Shown here: positions 45,242-54,372 of the stretch, one piece after another
How positions within the stretch are numbered: the stretch's first letter is position 1
How the letters are laid out: the number at the start of each line of letters is the position of its first letter
Source of the DNA: a virus
Virus record (IMG/VR): IMGVR_UViG_3300031152_000003
Span: 6,438 to 70,437 of that record
Length of the DNA: 64,000 nucleotides
Strand: one strand, 5' to 3'
Notes under the pieces: generated by a model
What the model was told of the DNA's origin: nothing
Seen by the model: the letters and a program-made list of their open reading frames with translations, nothing else
The model's database searches: none
Position numbers and translations under genes: made by a program

Positions 45242-45546
45242 GCGCCTACTCCCCCTTCGGCAAGGATCGCCTGCTCTGCCATCAGGGCGGCCTCGATCAG
45301 CCGGTTCCCCAGCCACCGAGCCGCGCCCGGGTTCAGAGACACTGTGTCCTCCGTGCTGTCGCCGTGGACGCTGCGGTGCGTCACCTCGACGTGCGGGAAG
45401 GGGACGGCCGGGTCCGTAGTCACCACGGCCACGCTCACCGGGCATGCGGTCTGAGGCCCCCAGCTCATCGTGTGCGGGTCGTGCGCCCGCTTCCCGTCGG
45501 GGTCGGTGGTCCATATCTCGGACCGGTCCTCGCGGATACGGGTCAT
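45238..45546 (-). CDS. hypothetical protein (102 aa)
   Basis: ATG 45546. Confidence 0.4.
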   Translation of the reverse strand: MTRIREDRSEIWTTDPDGKRAHDPHTMSWGPQTACPVSVAVVTTDPAVPFPHVEVTHRSVHGDSTEDTVSLNPGAARWLGNRLIEAALMAEQAILAEGGVGA

Positions 45547-46490
45547 CACGCACTCACCTTCGGTATGGGTAGCTGCCAGTCGATGTCGAAGTCGCCGGCC
45601 TGCACGGCCTGGTCGTGCTGGAACTCCGCGTACCCGGGCAACGGCAGCTGCACGACGTCGTCCGCGTAGCCCGGCCAGATGCCCGAGGCGGAGCAGTTGG
45701 CGTACTCGTCCAGCGCCTTCCGGTTCCTCGTGGCCGCGACCCGCATCGCCGGGGCGTCCGGCTGCACGATCGTCACCAGGTACGGCGCCTCTTTCTCCTG
45801 CGCCACCAGCAGCGGAAGCGGCGGCGCCGCCTCGTCCGCCAGCCCGGCCGCCAGCAGGCCGGTCTTGTACCAGTCGTTCTGCTGGTGGTAGCCGTACTGG
45901 TGCATCGACTTGGCCAGCGACTCCGGGTCGGCCTGATTGCACGTCTTGTAGTCCGGGATGACGATCCGCGGCTTCCCCTGGATCGGGATGGGCTCGTTGA
46001 TCAGCCAGTCCAGCCGGGCGCGGCAGTTCACCCCGAACATGTCGTTGCGCCAGAACAGCGACACCTCGGGTGTACCGGTCGCGGGGTCGAACAGGACACC
46101 CGCGACCGGATGCGCGCGGATCACCGCTGCCATGGCCTGGACCTTCTCCCACTCCCACGGGAGGAGGGGGATCTCACCGTCGGCGTACGCGTCTTTCTTC
46201 GCCTGCTGCGCGGCCTTCGTCTTGTAGTCCGGGAAGTCGAGGATCCGGACCGGGTCGCCCACTCCGAGGACTTCGCCGTGGGCGGCGTGACCGAAGTCGA
46301 AGATCCGCTTCGGGGGCTGTGGGTTGTCGGCCCACCATCGGAACTTGGCGGGGCAGGAGGGTGGGAGCAGGAGGCGGGCTCCGGTGGAGGAGAGGGATCC
46401 GCCCGGGATGGGGTCGGCGTGGTAGGCGTCGGCGGGCAGGTCGGTGTACCAGCGGCCGACCTCGACGGCCGGTGTGACCGTCACCTCCAT
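45546..46490 (-). CDS. PD-(D/E)XK (YqaJ/lambda-exo-like) exonuclease
   Basis: RIVIPDYKT motif; adjacent to RecT. Confidence 0.6.
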   Translation of the reverse strand: MEVTVTPAVEVGRWYTDLPADAYHADPIPGGSLSSTGARLLLPPSCPAKFRWWADNPQPPKRIFDFGHAAHGEVLGVGDPVRILDFPDYKTKAAQQAKKDAYADGEIPLLPWEWEKVQAMAAVIRAHPVAGVLFDPATGTPEVSLFWRNDMFGVNCRARLDWLINEPIPIQGKPRIVIPDYKTCNQADPESLAKSMHQYGYHQQNDWYKTGLLAAGLADEAAPPLPLLVAQEKEAPYLVTIVQPDAPAMRVAATRNRKALDEYANCSASGIWPGYADDVVQLPLPGYAEFQHDQAVQAGDFDIDWQLPIPKVSA

Positions 46491-46714
46491 GAGCCGTTCC
46501 AGATGCGCACGGGGTAGCCGTCGTCCCAAACGGCGAGGACCCGACGTCGGGAGCCGAGCCCGAGGGGGCCGCATGCGACGTGCTGCCCGAGGGCGTGGGG
46601 GGCGCGGGTGCAGACGAGGGTGAAGTCGACGGGCGCCCGGTCCACGCACAGGCCGGGGCCGTCGTCGTCGGGGGGCATGTCGTCGCCGGGCTGGCAGGTG
46701 TCGAGGGTGGTCAT
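46481..46714 (-). CDS. hypothetical protein (77 aa)
   Basis: GC3-rich tail of listed ORF. Confidence 0.4.
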   Translation of the reverse strand: MTTLDTCQPGDDMPPDDDGPGLCVDRAPVDFTLVCTRAPHALGQHVACGPLGLGSRRRVLAVWDDGYPVRIWNGSWR

Positions 46715-46722
46715 GTGGGGTC

Positions 46723-46968
46723 CTAGTTCGCGTCGGGGTCGGCGGTCACTACGCGGAGTTCCGGCGGCGGGCGGCGCATCCGGGACAGCACGTTGTCCCA
46801 CGGCCTGATCCGGTAGACGGCCAGCACGGTGTCGCGTGCGGCGAGGACTACGTAGCGGCGGCCGTCGTGCTCGCGGACGAAAGCGGCCTTCGGGTCGACT
46901 GTGCCACCCGCCTGCAAATACGCAGCCCGAGCTCGCCGCGTCAGGGCTTCGTCGGTCACCATGCCCAC
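46723..46968 (-). CDS. hypothetical protein (81 aa)
   Basis: first gene after noncoding gap. Confidence 0.45.
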   Translation of the reverse strand: MGMVTDEALTRRARAAYLQAGGTVDPKAAFVREHDGRRYVVLAARDTVLAVYRIRPWDNVLSRMRRPPPELRVVTADPDAN

Positions 46969-46985
46969 ACTCTATGGCGTACAAG

Positions 46986-47017
46986 CCCCGCTTGACAAGC
47001 GGGGTTCGTTGTTTGAG
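46986..47017 (+). terminator. intrinsic terminator-like hairpin (CCCCGCTTG-A-CAAGCGGGG) followed by TTCGTTGTTTG
   Basis: perfect 9-bp stem with T-rich tail on + strand; 190-bp noncoding gap. Confidence 0.45.
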
Positions 47018-47174
47018 CCCGGCCTGTTAAGATCCCACAAAAGGAAGGAACCCGACCGCTGCGACCATCTGTCCTGATCGCGCAGCAACCGGGTTCCTCA
47101 AACCAGCATGGTCACGGTAGCCCACGCTGCGGCGACGCCGCAACGCAGTGGAGCCGGGCCGAGGAAGGAACGTC

Positions 47175-47768
47175 GTGGACGCGCTCATCCCGATCCACAG
47201 GCTCGCCTGGGAGCAGGTCGTTCGGAACATCCACCCCCAGCCCTGGGCGACGTGCCGGCCGGACAGCAGGCATCTGTCGTTCGAGGCGAAGGGCCTGTTG
47301 TTCCTCATCGCCACCTACGGCGACGAGACCGGGGCCGACGTCATCGTCAGCGACGACCATCTCTGCGCGATCACGAGCCGGCCGCTCGCCACGGTCCGGC
47401 GGTGGCGTACCGAGCCGGTCGAGCTTGGCCTGCTTCATCTTGACCGCGCGATGAGGCCGCGCCAGCAGCCGACCAGCTATCACCTGACCGTTCCGGACAA
47501 CCTCTTCGAATCCGTCTGCATGAGCGACGCCTACGCGGGCAGCGTCACGCCGGCCATGCGGGCTGCTGTGGCGAGACGGGATGGCGACCGGTGCCGATAC
47601 TGCGGCACGGAGGTTGGCCCGTTCGAGGTGGACCACGTCGTTCCTCTGTCGCAGGGTGGTCTGAGCGTCGCGGAGAACTTGGTGTGGGCCTGTGCGAGAT
47701 GCAACCGGCGGAAGCGGGCGAAGACCTGGACGCCCGACCCGCTGCCGGCGGCCGTGACCCGTAGCTAG
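47175..47768 (+). CDS. HNH endonuclease (lone + strand gene among - strand early genes)
   Basis: RDGDRCRYCGTEV...EVDHVVPLSQGG...NLVWACARCNRRK; GTG 47175 after AGGAAGGAA RBS. Confidence 0.7.
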   Translation: MDALIPIHRLAWEQVVRNIHPQPWATCRPDSRHLSFEAKGLLFLIATYGDETGADVIVSDDHLCAITSRPLATVRRWRTEPVELGLLHLDRAMRPRQQPTSYHLTVPDNLFESVCMSDAYAGSVTPAMRAAVARRDGDRCRYCGTEVGPFEVDHVVPLSQGGLSVAENLVWACARCNRRKRAKTWTPDPLPAAVTRS

Positions 47769-47834
47769 GCGGGGACAGCGGAACGGGCGCCGTGCCCGCG
47801 CCCGGCGGTAACGACGCCCGTCCCCGTGATCGAC

Positions 47835-48539
47835 CTACGCGGCCCTGCCGGTCCAGGGGCGGAGGGGCCACGCCCCGTCCGGCAGATCCTCCGTACGCCC
47901 CCGCTGGATCAGGTAGTCCCGGAAGCTGGATGCCCAGCCGGCATGCCAGATCCCCTGAGCCATCGTCAGCTCCGTCAGGGTCATCGCCGCCAGCTCGGGG
48001 TACCGCCGGCCGATCGCCAGCATCACCCGCCACGCCGTGGTCGCGTCCCCGACCGCATCGTGAGCCCCCTCGGCCTGCACCCCGTAGTGCGCCGCCACCG
48101 CGGCCAGAGTGCGCGGCCCGGACCTGTACCGGTCGAGGTGCCGGTCGATGACCAGCGGATCCAGCACCGGCCCGTCGATCGCGAACGGCTCGTTGCACCA
48201 CCGCCGGGACTCCCGGTCCAGCATGGTCAGGTCGAACGCCACGTTGAACCCGACGACCGGGCAGCCCGCGGCCCACGCGTCGCCGAGCCGGTCCACGGTC
48301 TCCGCGACCACGAGCACGGCGGGCACTCCGAACAGCTTGGCCTTCTCGGTGGTGATGCCGTGGATGTCGGTCGCCGGCTGGGGGATGTCGACGCCGGGGT
48401 CCGCGAGTGCGTGCAAGATGTCGGTGCTGATGCCGCCGAGTCGGGCGACGCAGGCGGTGACGATCCGGTCGGACTCGACGTCCACGCCGGTCGTCTCGAG
48501 GTCGAAGGCCGCCATGGGCTGCTCGATCCAGCCGGTCAC
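47835..48539 (-). CDS. DnaQ-like 3'-5' exonuclease (DEDDh)
   Basis: Exo I motif FDLETTG; H...D near C-terminus. Confidence 0.8.
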   Translation of the reverse strand: MTGWIEQPMAAFDLETTGVDVESDRIVTACVARLGGISTDILHALADPGVDIPQPATDIHGITTEKAKLFGVPAVLVVAETVDRLGDAWAAGCPVVGFNVAFDLTMLDRESRRWCNEPFAIDGPVLDPLVIDRHLDRYRSGPRTLAAVAAHYGVQAEGAHDAVGDATTAWRVMLAIGRRYPELAAMTLTELTMAQGIWHAGWASSFRDYLIQRGRTEDLPDGAWPLRPWTGRAA

Positions 48540-49102
48540 GGGGTGGGCTCGATCCGCTGGAGCCGCCAGATCCGGGCGTCGGCCTGCTCCTGGTCTTCAA
48601 CGGACACTCCCAAGTGGACGGACGGCAGCGGCCACGGATACGTCCCGCCGTCCAGTCGCCCGACGGCCGCGTCGAACAGGTCGCCGAACCGCTCGGAGTT
48701 CAACAGCGCCTGCATCCGCGGGGCTCGCTTGGTCAGCACCTGGAACGTGTGGCGCCCGCCCGCTGCCATCACAGCCCACACGTCAGCGATGAACTCGTCG
48801 GTCACCTTCGGGTGGAACAGGTCGCTCATCGAGTTGACGAACACCCGCCGCGGCTTCCGCCAGTGCAGCGGGGCGTCGAGGGAGTCGGGGTGCATGGTCA
48901 GCCCGAAGCCCGGACCGGACGTGCGGGGGTCGCCGTCGGTCTGGTACCGGGCCTGGCCCATGGCCTTCAACCGCTTGGCCATGGTGAGGGCGTAGCAGTT
49001 GTCGCAGCCAGCCGAGACCTTGTCGCAGCCGGTGGTCGGGTTCCAGGTCATGCCCTTGCTGCCGTCGTCGCCCGCGGTCCATTGGATGTCGGTGGTCGCC
49101 AT
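48536..49102 (-). CDS. phage Gp37/Gp68-family (DUF5131) protein
   Basis: TWNPTTGCDKVSAGCDNCYA three-Cys motif; ATG 49102 with GAGGAGGA RBS. Confidence 0.65.
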   Translation of the reverse strand: MATTDIQWTAGDDGSKGMTWNPTTGCDKVSAGCDNCYALTMAKRLKAMGQARYQTDGDPRTSGPGFGLTMHPDSLDAPLHWRKPRRVFVNSMSDLFHPKVTDEFIADVWAVMAAGGRHTFQVLTKRAPRMQALLNSERFGDLFDAAVGRLDGGTYPWPLPSVHLGVSVEDQEQADARIWRLQRIEPTP

Positions 49103-49124
49103 CAAGTCCTCCTCGCACTGCAAG

Positions 49125-49160
49125 GCAGGCCCGCCCCGACAGCAGCCAGGGCGGGCCTGC
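49125..49160. terminator. GC hairpin (12-bp stem GCAGGCCCGCCC/GGGCGGGCCTGC) downstream of lipoprotein gene
   Basis: perfect inverted repeat. Confidence 0.45.
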
Positions 49161-49165
49161 GTCCG

Positions 49166-50062
49166 CTACTTCGGGGTGATGTTGATCCCCACGCCCTGCG
49201 GCACCGGGAGGATCTGGACCTTGCCGTCCGTGATCGCCTTGTTGATCGCCAACTGCTGCTGGTACGCCAGGTACGCGGCGATACCGCCCGGCCACGACTC
49301 CGCCGTCTTCTGATCCACCGTCGCCGCCTGGCCCCGCAGCACCGCGGCCTGTTTCGCCGCCAACTGCTCCTTCAACGCCGTGGAGATGTCCGGCTTCTGC
49401 AGCACGATCGAGCTGATCGCGAAGAAGTCCTCGCCGGCCTGCCGGCGGATCAGGTCCGGGATCGCCGCGACGACGTCCTTCTCCCACGTCGCCTTGGACT
49501 CGGCGCTGTTGTACAGCTGCTCCCAGCCGTACTTGAGCGCCTCGTTGTCGATGCTGCGGTCGGCGAGGTCCTTGATGTAGACGCCGAGCATCCGGTCCCA
49601 GCCCTCGCCGGGCTCGTCCCCGCCGTCGGTGGCGTACGCGGAGTACTTCCGGCCGATGGTGTCGTGGAACTTCTGCAGCATCCCCCCGGGCCACTCACGG
49701 CCGGAGGAGTCGGTGAACGCGGTGCACGAGGTGTTGAGGGTGAACGTGATCGTGCCGCGCACGACCAGCTCCTGCTGGTCCTTCGTGGACGCGGTCAGGG
49801 GCTTGGTGTCGGAGCCGGGGTCGTCGGAGAACTTGAACGACCGCTGCCCCTGCGGGTAGTAGAAGTAGTGCTCGCCGGGGCCGTTGACGTTGCGGGTGCC
49901 GGGGTTGACGCACTCCTTGAACTGCTGGGAGGAGAACGACCCGCCGGAGTAGTGCAGGGCGACCTGGTCGGGGGCGGTGTTGACGGTGGAGCAGCCCGTG
50001 GCGGAGCCGAGGATGACGGCTGCGGCGCCGGCGGCGGTGAGCGCGGTGAGGGTGCGGTTCAT
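49166..50062 (-). CDS. lipoprotein with SPFH/band-7-like domain
   Basis: signal peptide plus lipobox SATGC; central beta-rich region and C-terminal Ala/Gln-rich helix resembling the HflK/C tail. Confidence 0.5.
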   Translation of the reverse strand: MNRTLTALTAAGAAAVILGSATGCSTVNTAPDQVALHYSGGSFSSQQFKECVNPGTRNVNGPGEHYFYYPQGQRSFKFSDDPGSDTKPLTASTKDQQELVVRGTITFTLNTSCTAFTDSSGREWPGGMLQKFHDTIGRKYSAYATDGGDEPGEGWDRMLGVYIKDLADRSIDNEALKYGWEQLYNSAESKATWEKDVVAAIPDLIRRQAGEDFFAISSIVLQKPDISTALKEQLAAKQAAVLRGQAATVDQKTAESWPGGIAAYLAYQQQLAINKAITDGKVQILPVPQGVGINITPK

Positions 50063-50304
50063 GGGAGGTTCCGTTGTTCCTTCCGGTGTTCGCGGATGAT
50101 GGTGCGGACGTCCATGGCGAGGACGTGGTCGATGTCGGTGTAGCGGTCGGTGGCCTCCTCGATGGCGGCGATGACGCCGTAGGCGCGGTGCAGGTCGCGG
50201 CGCCTGACGGCTTGGACGCTGGTGCGGCGTGCGGCGATCCAGATGAGGAACCCGATCGCGGCGCAGACGGCGAGGAAGATCAGTAGGGCGGCTTTGGGGT
50301 TCAC
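50059..50304 (-). CDS. small membrane protein (81 aa)
   Basis: GTG 50304; TM helix ALLIFLAVCAAIGFLIWIA. Confidence 0.4.
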   Translation of the reverse strand: MNPKAALLIFLAVCAAIGFLIWIAARRTSVQAVRRRDLHRAYGVIAAIEEATDRYTDIDHVLAMDVRTIIREHRKEQRNLP

Positions 50305-50591
50305 CGGTTCACCTCCACGTCGACACCCAGCGGACGCAGGGCGCGCACCGTCGGCTCCTGCTCGACCATGCGCGCGGCCCGCAGTGCGGCGTACGCGGCG
50401 GCGTCGGCCTGCGCGTCCGCGAGTGCGAGCGCCCACCCGTCGTCGGTCTCCGCGAGCCACAGCCGCACCTCGCGAGCGTGGGCGCGGGACCACTGGACGT
50501 GCCGCTGTGCGTGGCGGCCGGTCAGCCATAGGGCGGCGAGGGCGGCGTAGAGGCCGTACCCGGACAGGGACGTCACGGCCTGCCCGGTCAC
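50301..50591 (-). CDS. hypothetical protein (96 aa)
   Basis: GTGA coupling. Confidence 0.4.
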   Translation of the reverse strand: MTGQAVTSLSGYGLYAALAALWLTGRHAQRHVQWSRAHAREVRLWLAETDDGWALALADAQADAAAYAALRAARMVEQEPTVRALRPLGVDVEVNR

Positions 50592-51001
50592 GGGAACATC
50601 CCTGCCGCGTGCCGCCGGTCCAGCACCTCGGACGCGGGAACCAGGAAGTCAACCGGCACGCCCAGGTCCCGGGCGTAATCGATCTCACCGCGGGTCGATG
50701 CACCGAAGTAGCCCGACTCGTCCGAGACGACCAACACCCGGCCGCCGAGCCCGGCCGCGATGTCGATCTTCCGGCGGTGCAGGTCGTCAAGCGCGGCCTT
50801 CGCGGCCGGGTCGGCGTGCTGCGGGTCCTCGTCGCGGGACTGGGCGGTGGCGATCTCGATGGACAGGATGACGTGCCCTTGGCGGGCCAGTGCCTCGGCC
50901 TGCTGGTTGAACTTAGTGACGTAGCGGGTTGATCCACACAGGACGGTGACGGGCGGCGGCGGGCCGAGGAACGTGACGACATGGCCGGTGATGGCGGTCA
51001 C
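50588..51001 (-). CDS. nucleoside 2-deoxyribosyltransferase-like (DUF1937/DUF4406-like) protein, tentative
   Basis: Rossmann-like VLCGSTRY...RVLVVSDESGYFGASTRGEIDYARDLGVPV. Confidence 0.35.
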   Translation of the reverse strand: MTAITGHVVTFLGPPPPVTVLCGSTRYVTKFNQQAEALARQGHVILSIEIATAQSRDEDPQHADPAAKAALDDLHRRKIDIAAGLGGRVLVVSDESGYFGASTRGEIDYARDLGVPVDFLVPASEVLDRRHAAGMFP

Positions 51002-51411
51002 GAGTCACCTGCCGGCTCGGTCGGCAGGTCCCAGTCGGTCAACACCGCGCGGCCCGCGACGGTCAGCTCGCCCTTGTCCCGGTCGATGATCGCGTCGACC
51101 AGTTCCAACGCCGCGTTCTCGTACCCGGAGAGAATGAACACGGCGCGGGCGTCGACGTCGGACAGTCCGAGGATCCGCTGCCCTTCGGCGTACACCCATT
51201 CCTGGAAGTCGAAGCCCCGGACGTGGGAGAACATCCGGATCCGGTGCAGCTCGAGGGCGATGTCGTCCCCGGCGCCCAGGCCGACCTCCAGCGCCTTCGC
51301 CCAGCCCGCGATGCAGCCGACGGTGCCGCAGGCGTACACGTTCTGGTCGTGCAACTGCGGGTTGGCACGGATGAACCGGCGGATCCGGTCCAGCTCTCCG
51401 ACGTTGCTCAC
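50998..51411 (-). CDS. hypothetical protein (137 aa)
   Basis: GTG 51411 after GAGAAGGAGAA RBS. Confidence 0.45.
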   Translation of the reverse strand: MSNVGELDRIRRFIRANPQLHDQNVYACGTVGCIAGWAKALEVGLGAGDDIALELHRIRMFSHVRGFDFQEWVYAEGQRILGLSDVDARAVFILSGYENAALELVDAIIDRDKGELTVAGRAVLTDWDLPTEPAGDS

Positions 51412-51484
51412 GGGTTCTCCTTCTCTGTCAGTGCGTACCGTGCGGCGAGCAGGGCCAGCGCGGGGGCCAGGCTGATCAGCGCGG

Positions 51485-51667
51485 TCACGGCGCGGTCCAG
51501 AACCGTGCCCGGCCCGTGCAGTACCGGGGGACCATCGACCCGCGGAACGCCACCGCCCACCGCACGCCGTCCCACTGCACGGCGTTGACGGTGCGGATGG
51601 GTCCGTCGGGGCCGCCGTCGTGGACCCGGTCGCCGTGACCGAGTTGGTCGGGGGCGCGGGTGGTCAT
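51485..51667 (-). CDS. hypothetical protein (60 aa)
   Basis: ATGA coupling at 51664-51667. Confidence 0.35.
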   Translation of the reverse strand: MTTRAPDQLGHGDRVHDGGPDGPIRTVNAVQWDGVRWAVAFRGSMVPRYCTGRARFWTAP

Positions 51668-51972
51668 GCGCCGAGCCGGTGGAGTGCGTCGGAGATGCGG
51701 CGGTCGAGCTCGGCTTCGGCGGCGGCGAGCGGGTCGCGCCACGAGTCGCCGTCGTCGAGGAACATGCCGGCCCGGCCGGGGTTGCGCTGCAGGTCGACCT
51801 GGTCGCCGAGAGTGCAGATCAGGTCGTCCATCGCCTCGTCGAGCACGTCGCCCTTGCGGTCCAGGCCGGTGATGACCGCGGCCTGGTCGAGCATCTCGGG
51901 ATAGGAGATGCCGTCGTGTCGGATGGCGGCGAGGGCGAGGAGCCGGTCGCGGGTGCGGCTATTGTCGGTCAT
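51664..51972 (-). CDS. hypothetical acidic protein (102 aa)
   Basis: GC3-rich. Confidence 0.45.
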   Translation of the reverse strand: MTDNSRTRDRLLALAAIRHDGISYPEMLDQAAVITGLDRKGDVLDEAMDDLICTLGDQVDLQRNPGRAGMFLDDGDSWRDPLAAAEAELDRRISDALHRLGA

Positions 51973-52012
51973 GCCGGTGGCCTCTTCCTGGAGGGTGGGG
52001 GGTTCCGGTCTT

Positions 52013-52040
52013 GGCGCCGCCCCCTGCGTGGGGCGGCGCC
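52013..52040. terminator. GC hairpin (11-bp perfect stem GGCGCCGCCCC/GGGGCGGCGCC, 6-nt loop)
   Basis: perfect inverted repeat after the Zn-ribbon gene. Confidence 0.45.
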
Positions 52041-52044
52041 GCTC

Positions 52045-52254
52045 TCATTCCACGCGGGCGCCGGAGCCGGGACAGGTCGTGTCGTCGGCGTCGTGCCAGT
52101 CGACCTGCCGGAACATGTGAGGGCAGAGGACGACGTCGACGTCCAGGCCGCAGTGTCCGCATTCGGCACGCAGGGGCTGGTCGGCGTCACCACGCAGGAC
52201 GACGAACGGTCCGGGGCGGTTCGGGTCGGCGTTCACTCGCTGGTCTCCATTCAT
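52045..52254 (-). CDS. small zinc-ribbon protein (69 aa)
   Basis: CGHCG...CPH...CPG. Confidence 0.45.
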   Translation of the reverse strand: MNGDQRVNADPNRPGPFVVLRGDADQPLRAECGHCGLDVDVVLCPHMFRQVDWHDADDTTCPGSGARVE

Positions 52255-52466
52255 CGGTCTCGGCCGAACAGCCGCTCCACCGGGACGCCCAGGTGGAGAG
52301 CCACGCGTGCGATCTCCTCGCCGGAGAACGCCACGTCGCCCGCCATCCGCTTCACCCACGTCCGGTAGGGCATGCCGATCTCCTCGGCCACCTTCACGCC
52401 GGAGGTGTCGGCGCGGGCGATCTCGGCGCGTATCGATGCGGTGATGGCCGCCCGGGTGTCTTCCAC
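52251..52466 (-). CDS. HTH DNA-binding protein (72 aa), first gene of the leftward early operon
   Basis: VKVAEEIGMPYRTWVKRMAGD...IARVALHLGVPVERLF helix-turn-helix. Confidence 0.5.
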   Translation of the reverse strand: MEDTRAAITASIRAEIARADTSGVKVAEEIGMPYRTWVKRMAGDVAFSGEEIARVALHLGVPVERLFGRDR

Positions 52467-52564
52467 ATGCCGAACGGTAGCCGGTTCCGGCGTGTGTGGC
52501 AAGTTTTCCGGCCAATGTTGCGCCGGATGTTGCGTATCTTGCGCCGGAGTCGTACGGTCATTCC
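52467..52564. promoter_or_regulatory. divergent promoter region with direct repeats TTGCGCCGGA x2 and TGTTGCG x2
   Basis: repeats read directly in 98-bp gap between divergent operons. Confidence 0.4.
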
Positions 52565-52879
52565 ATGACGCAGACACCAACCCTCCAGGCCGCCCGGACC
52601 GCGAACCTGGCCCGGCTGTCCGCCGCTGTCCGCCGGCTCCACGCGGCCGGCTGGACGTGGCGCTGGTCGACGCAGATCAGCGGTTCCGGCCTGTGCGAGC
52701 ACCAGTTCAACCGGGCGACCGGGCTGCGTGCGCTGGTGTTGCTGGACGACGACCGAGTCTGCGTGGCCGTGCAGCGGGAGGCCTTCGCGAGGGTGTGGGT
52801 CGACGTGGCGAATCTGGTCATCCAGTACGACGTCCTGGACGAGTCGGCGTTGGTGGACCTGATCGCGGGCCTGTCGTGA
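52565..52879 (+). CDS. hypothetical protein (104 aa), first gene of + operon
   Basis: ATG 52565; GC3. Confidence 0.5.
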   Translation: MTQTPTLQAARTANLARLSAAVRRLHAAGWTWRWSTQISGSGLCEHQFNRATGLRALVLLDDDRVCVAVQREAFARVWVDVANLVIQYDVLDESALVDLIAGLS

Positions 52880-52965
52880 TCCTCGTCGGACTGGCCGTGG
52901 TCGCCACGGCGCTGGCCGTGCTTGGGCTCGGCTGGCTGTTGAACATGCTGCTGGACGCGCTGTGA
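52876..52965 (+). CDS. 29-aa hydrophobic peptide
   Basis: GTG in GTGA overlap; VILVGLAVVATALAVLGLGWLLNMLLDAL. Confidence 0.3.
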   Translation: MILVGLAVVATALAVLGLGWLLNMLLDAL

Positions 52966-53001
52966 TGCCGCGCGCCGTCTCTACCACGAACGGGAGTTGA
53001 G

Positions 53002-53217
53002 ATGCGCAGGAGTGAGCACCGGATCACTGCGGGCGACGTGCCCGAGGTCGACACCGGCTGGGGTGACGCGCTCGCCGACAGCGACGGCCCTTACTGGCAG
53101 GTCCACATCACCGGCCTCGACATTTGGGCGGAGTCCCCGGCGGTGTTGACGGGGTGGTTGCGGGCGGCTGCTGTGGCGGTTGAGGCGTTGCCGGTTCCGG
53201 CGGAGGTGACTCGGTGA
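53002..53217 (+). CDS. hypothetical protein (71 aa)
   Basis: GGGAG RBS. Confidence 0.45.
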   Translation: MRRSEHRITAGDVPEVDTGWGDALADSDGPYWQVHITGLDIWAESPAVLTGWLRAAAVAVEALPVPAEVTR

Positions 53218-53780
53218 TGGCGGACCAGGCGCCGATTCCGGGTCGTATGACGTCGGCGTTGCCGGACGAGACCGCCGCGGTGGAACGCGAGTTGCGGGCT
53301 GCGCTTCGGGAGCGGCGGCCGATCCAGCACTACGTCGATGTCCTGTACTCGGCGGTCCTGCTGGACATGCTGGACGGGGTTCGGACCGAGTTGGCGCAGC
53401 TCACTGTCGAGACCGGCCGGGTGTTGGCGGAGCGGGGTGAGGAGATCTCCGCGCTGACCGCCGAGCGGGACCGGCTCCGCCAGCGTGAGGCGTGGCGGAT
53501 GACCCGCACGTACGACGCGATGGCCGCCGAGCTGAGCCAGGTCACGACCGAGCGGAACCGGCTGGCCCGAGAGGTTGACGCGCTGGCCAGGCAGGTACGC
53601 GACGTTCGGGACTACGCCGACACGATCGAAGAGGTCGAGGGCGGCGCCGGATGGGAAGCCATCGTGTCGGACCTGCGGGGCATCGTTGGATGGACGGCTG
53701 CGGCGCGGGCGGCTGCGGAGGATGCGGCGTGGGATGACGCGGTCGAGGCCACGGCGCAGGCCGAGGACGGCGCGTCGTGA
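53214..53780 (+). CDS. coiled-coil protein (188 aa)
   Basis: ATGA coupling; heptad-rich Glu/Arg/Leu. Confidence 0.5.
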   Translation: MMADQAPIPGRMTSALPDETAAVERELRAALRERRPIQHYVDVLYSAVLLDMLDGVRTELAQLTVETGRVLAERGEEISALTAERDRLRQREAWRMTRTYDAMAAELSQVTTERNRLAREVDALARQVRDVRDYADTIEEVEGGAGWEAIVSDLRGIVGWTAAARAAAEDAAWDDAVEATAQAEDGAS

Positions 53781-54142
53781 CCGGGCCGAGGGTTGCCGTG
53801 CAGGTTGGCACGGTCGAGGTTCTGAGGCTGCGGCTCTACCCGGCTCCGGGTGGCGGCGATGCGATCGTCGAGCCGGGCACGTACCCGCTCATGTCGGAGC
53901 CGGACGGCACGGTCCGCTGGCTCATGCGAGGCCGCCGCAGCACCAGACACGAGCCCAAGTTCGACGACCTGGGCGACGGCATGTTCCTCGTCAGGCCGCC
54001 GGGTGACGAGCCGGGCGGCGAGGAGATCGACGTGCCGTCGCCGAGCTTCACGCGGGAACAGCTCCGGGCGTTGCTGACTGAGGTTGGCTTCGTGGAAGGC
54101 CCTGAGCAGCGGGTCCGGGTCCGGGTCGAGGTGGAGCTGTGA
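53777..54142 (+). CDS. hypothetical protein (121 aa)
   Basis: coupled. Confidence 0.45.
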   Translation: MTGPRVAVQVGTVEVLRLRLYPAPGGGDAIVEPGTYPLMSEPDGTVRWLMRGRRSTRHEPKFDDLGDGMFLVRPPGDEPGGEEIDVPSPSFTREQLRALLTEVGFVEGPEQRVRVRVEVEL

Positions 54143-54372
54143 CCGACCTGCCTGACGCCGGGACCGACCCGGCTGGGTTCCTGCTGGGCGTGTGCGAAAT
54201 AGCGCTGGCCGACGTCGAGAACGCGCGGCCGGCGGAACGGCAGTTCATCACGGCCCAGGTCGAGCTGTGGCGAGCGGTCGTGGCCGCCGAGTCCTGCTTC
54301 GGCAAGGAGTTCCGGCCGGTCGCTGCGGCTGCTGTCGGCGCTGCCCGGGCGTACCTGACGGGAGCGCAGTGA
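54139..54372 (+). CDS. hypothetical protein (77 aa)
   Basis: coupled. Confidence 0.45.
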   Translation: MTDLPDAGTDPAGFLLGVCEIALADVENARPAERQFITAQVELWRAVVAAESCFGKEFRPVAAAAVGAARAYLTGAQ

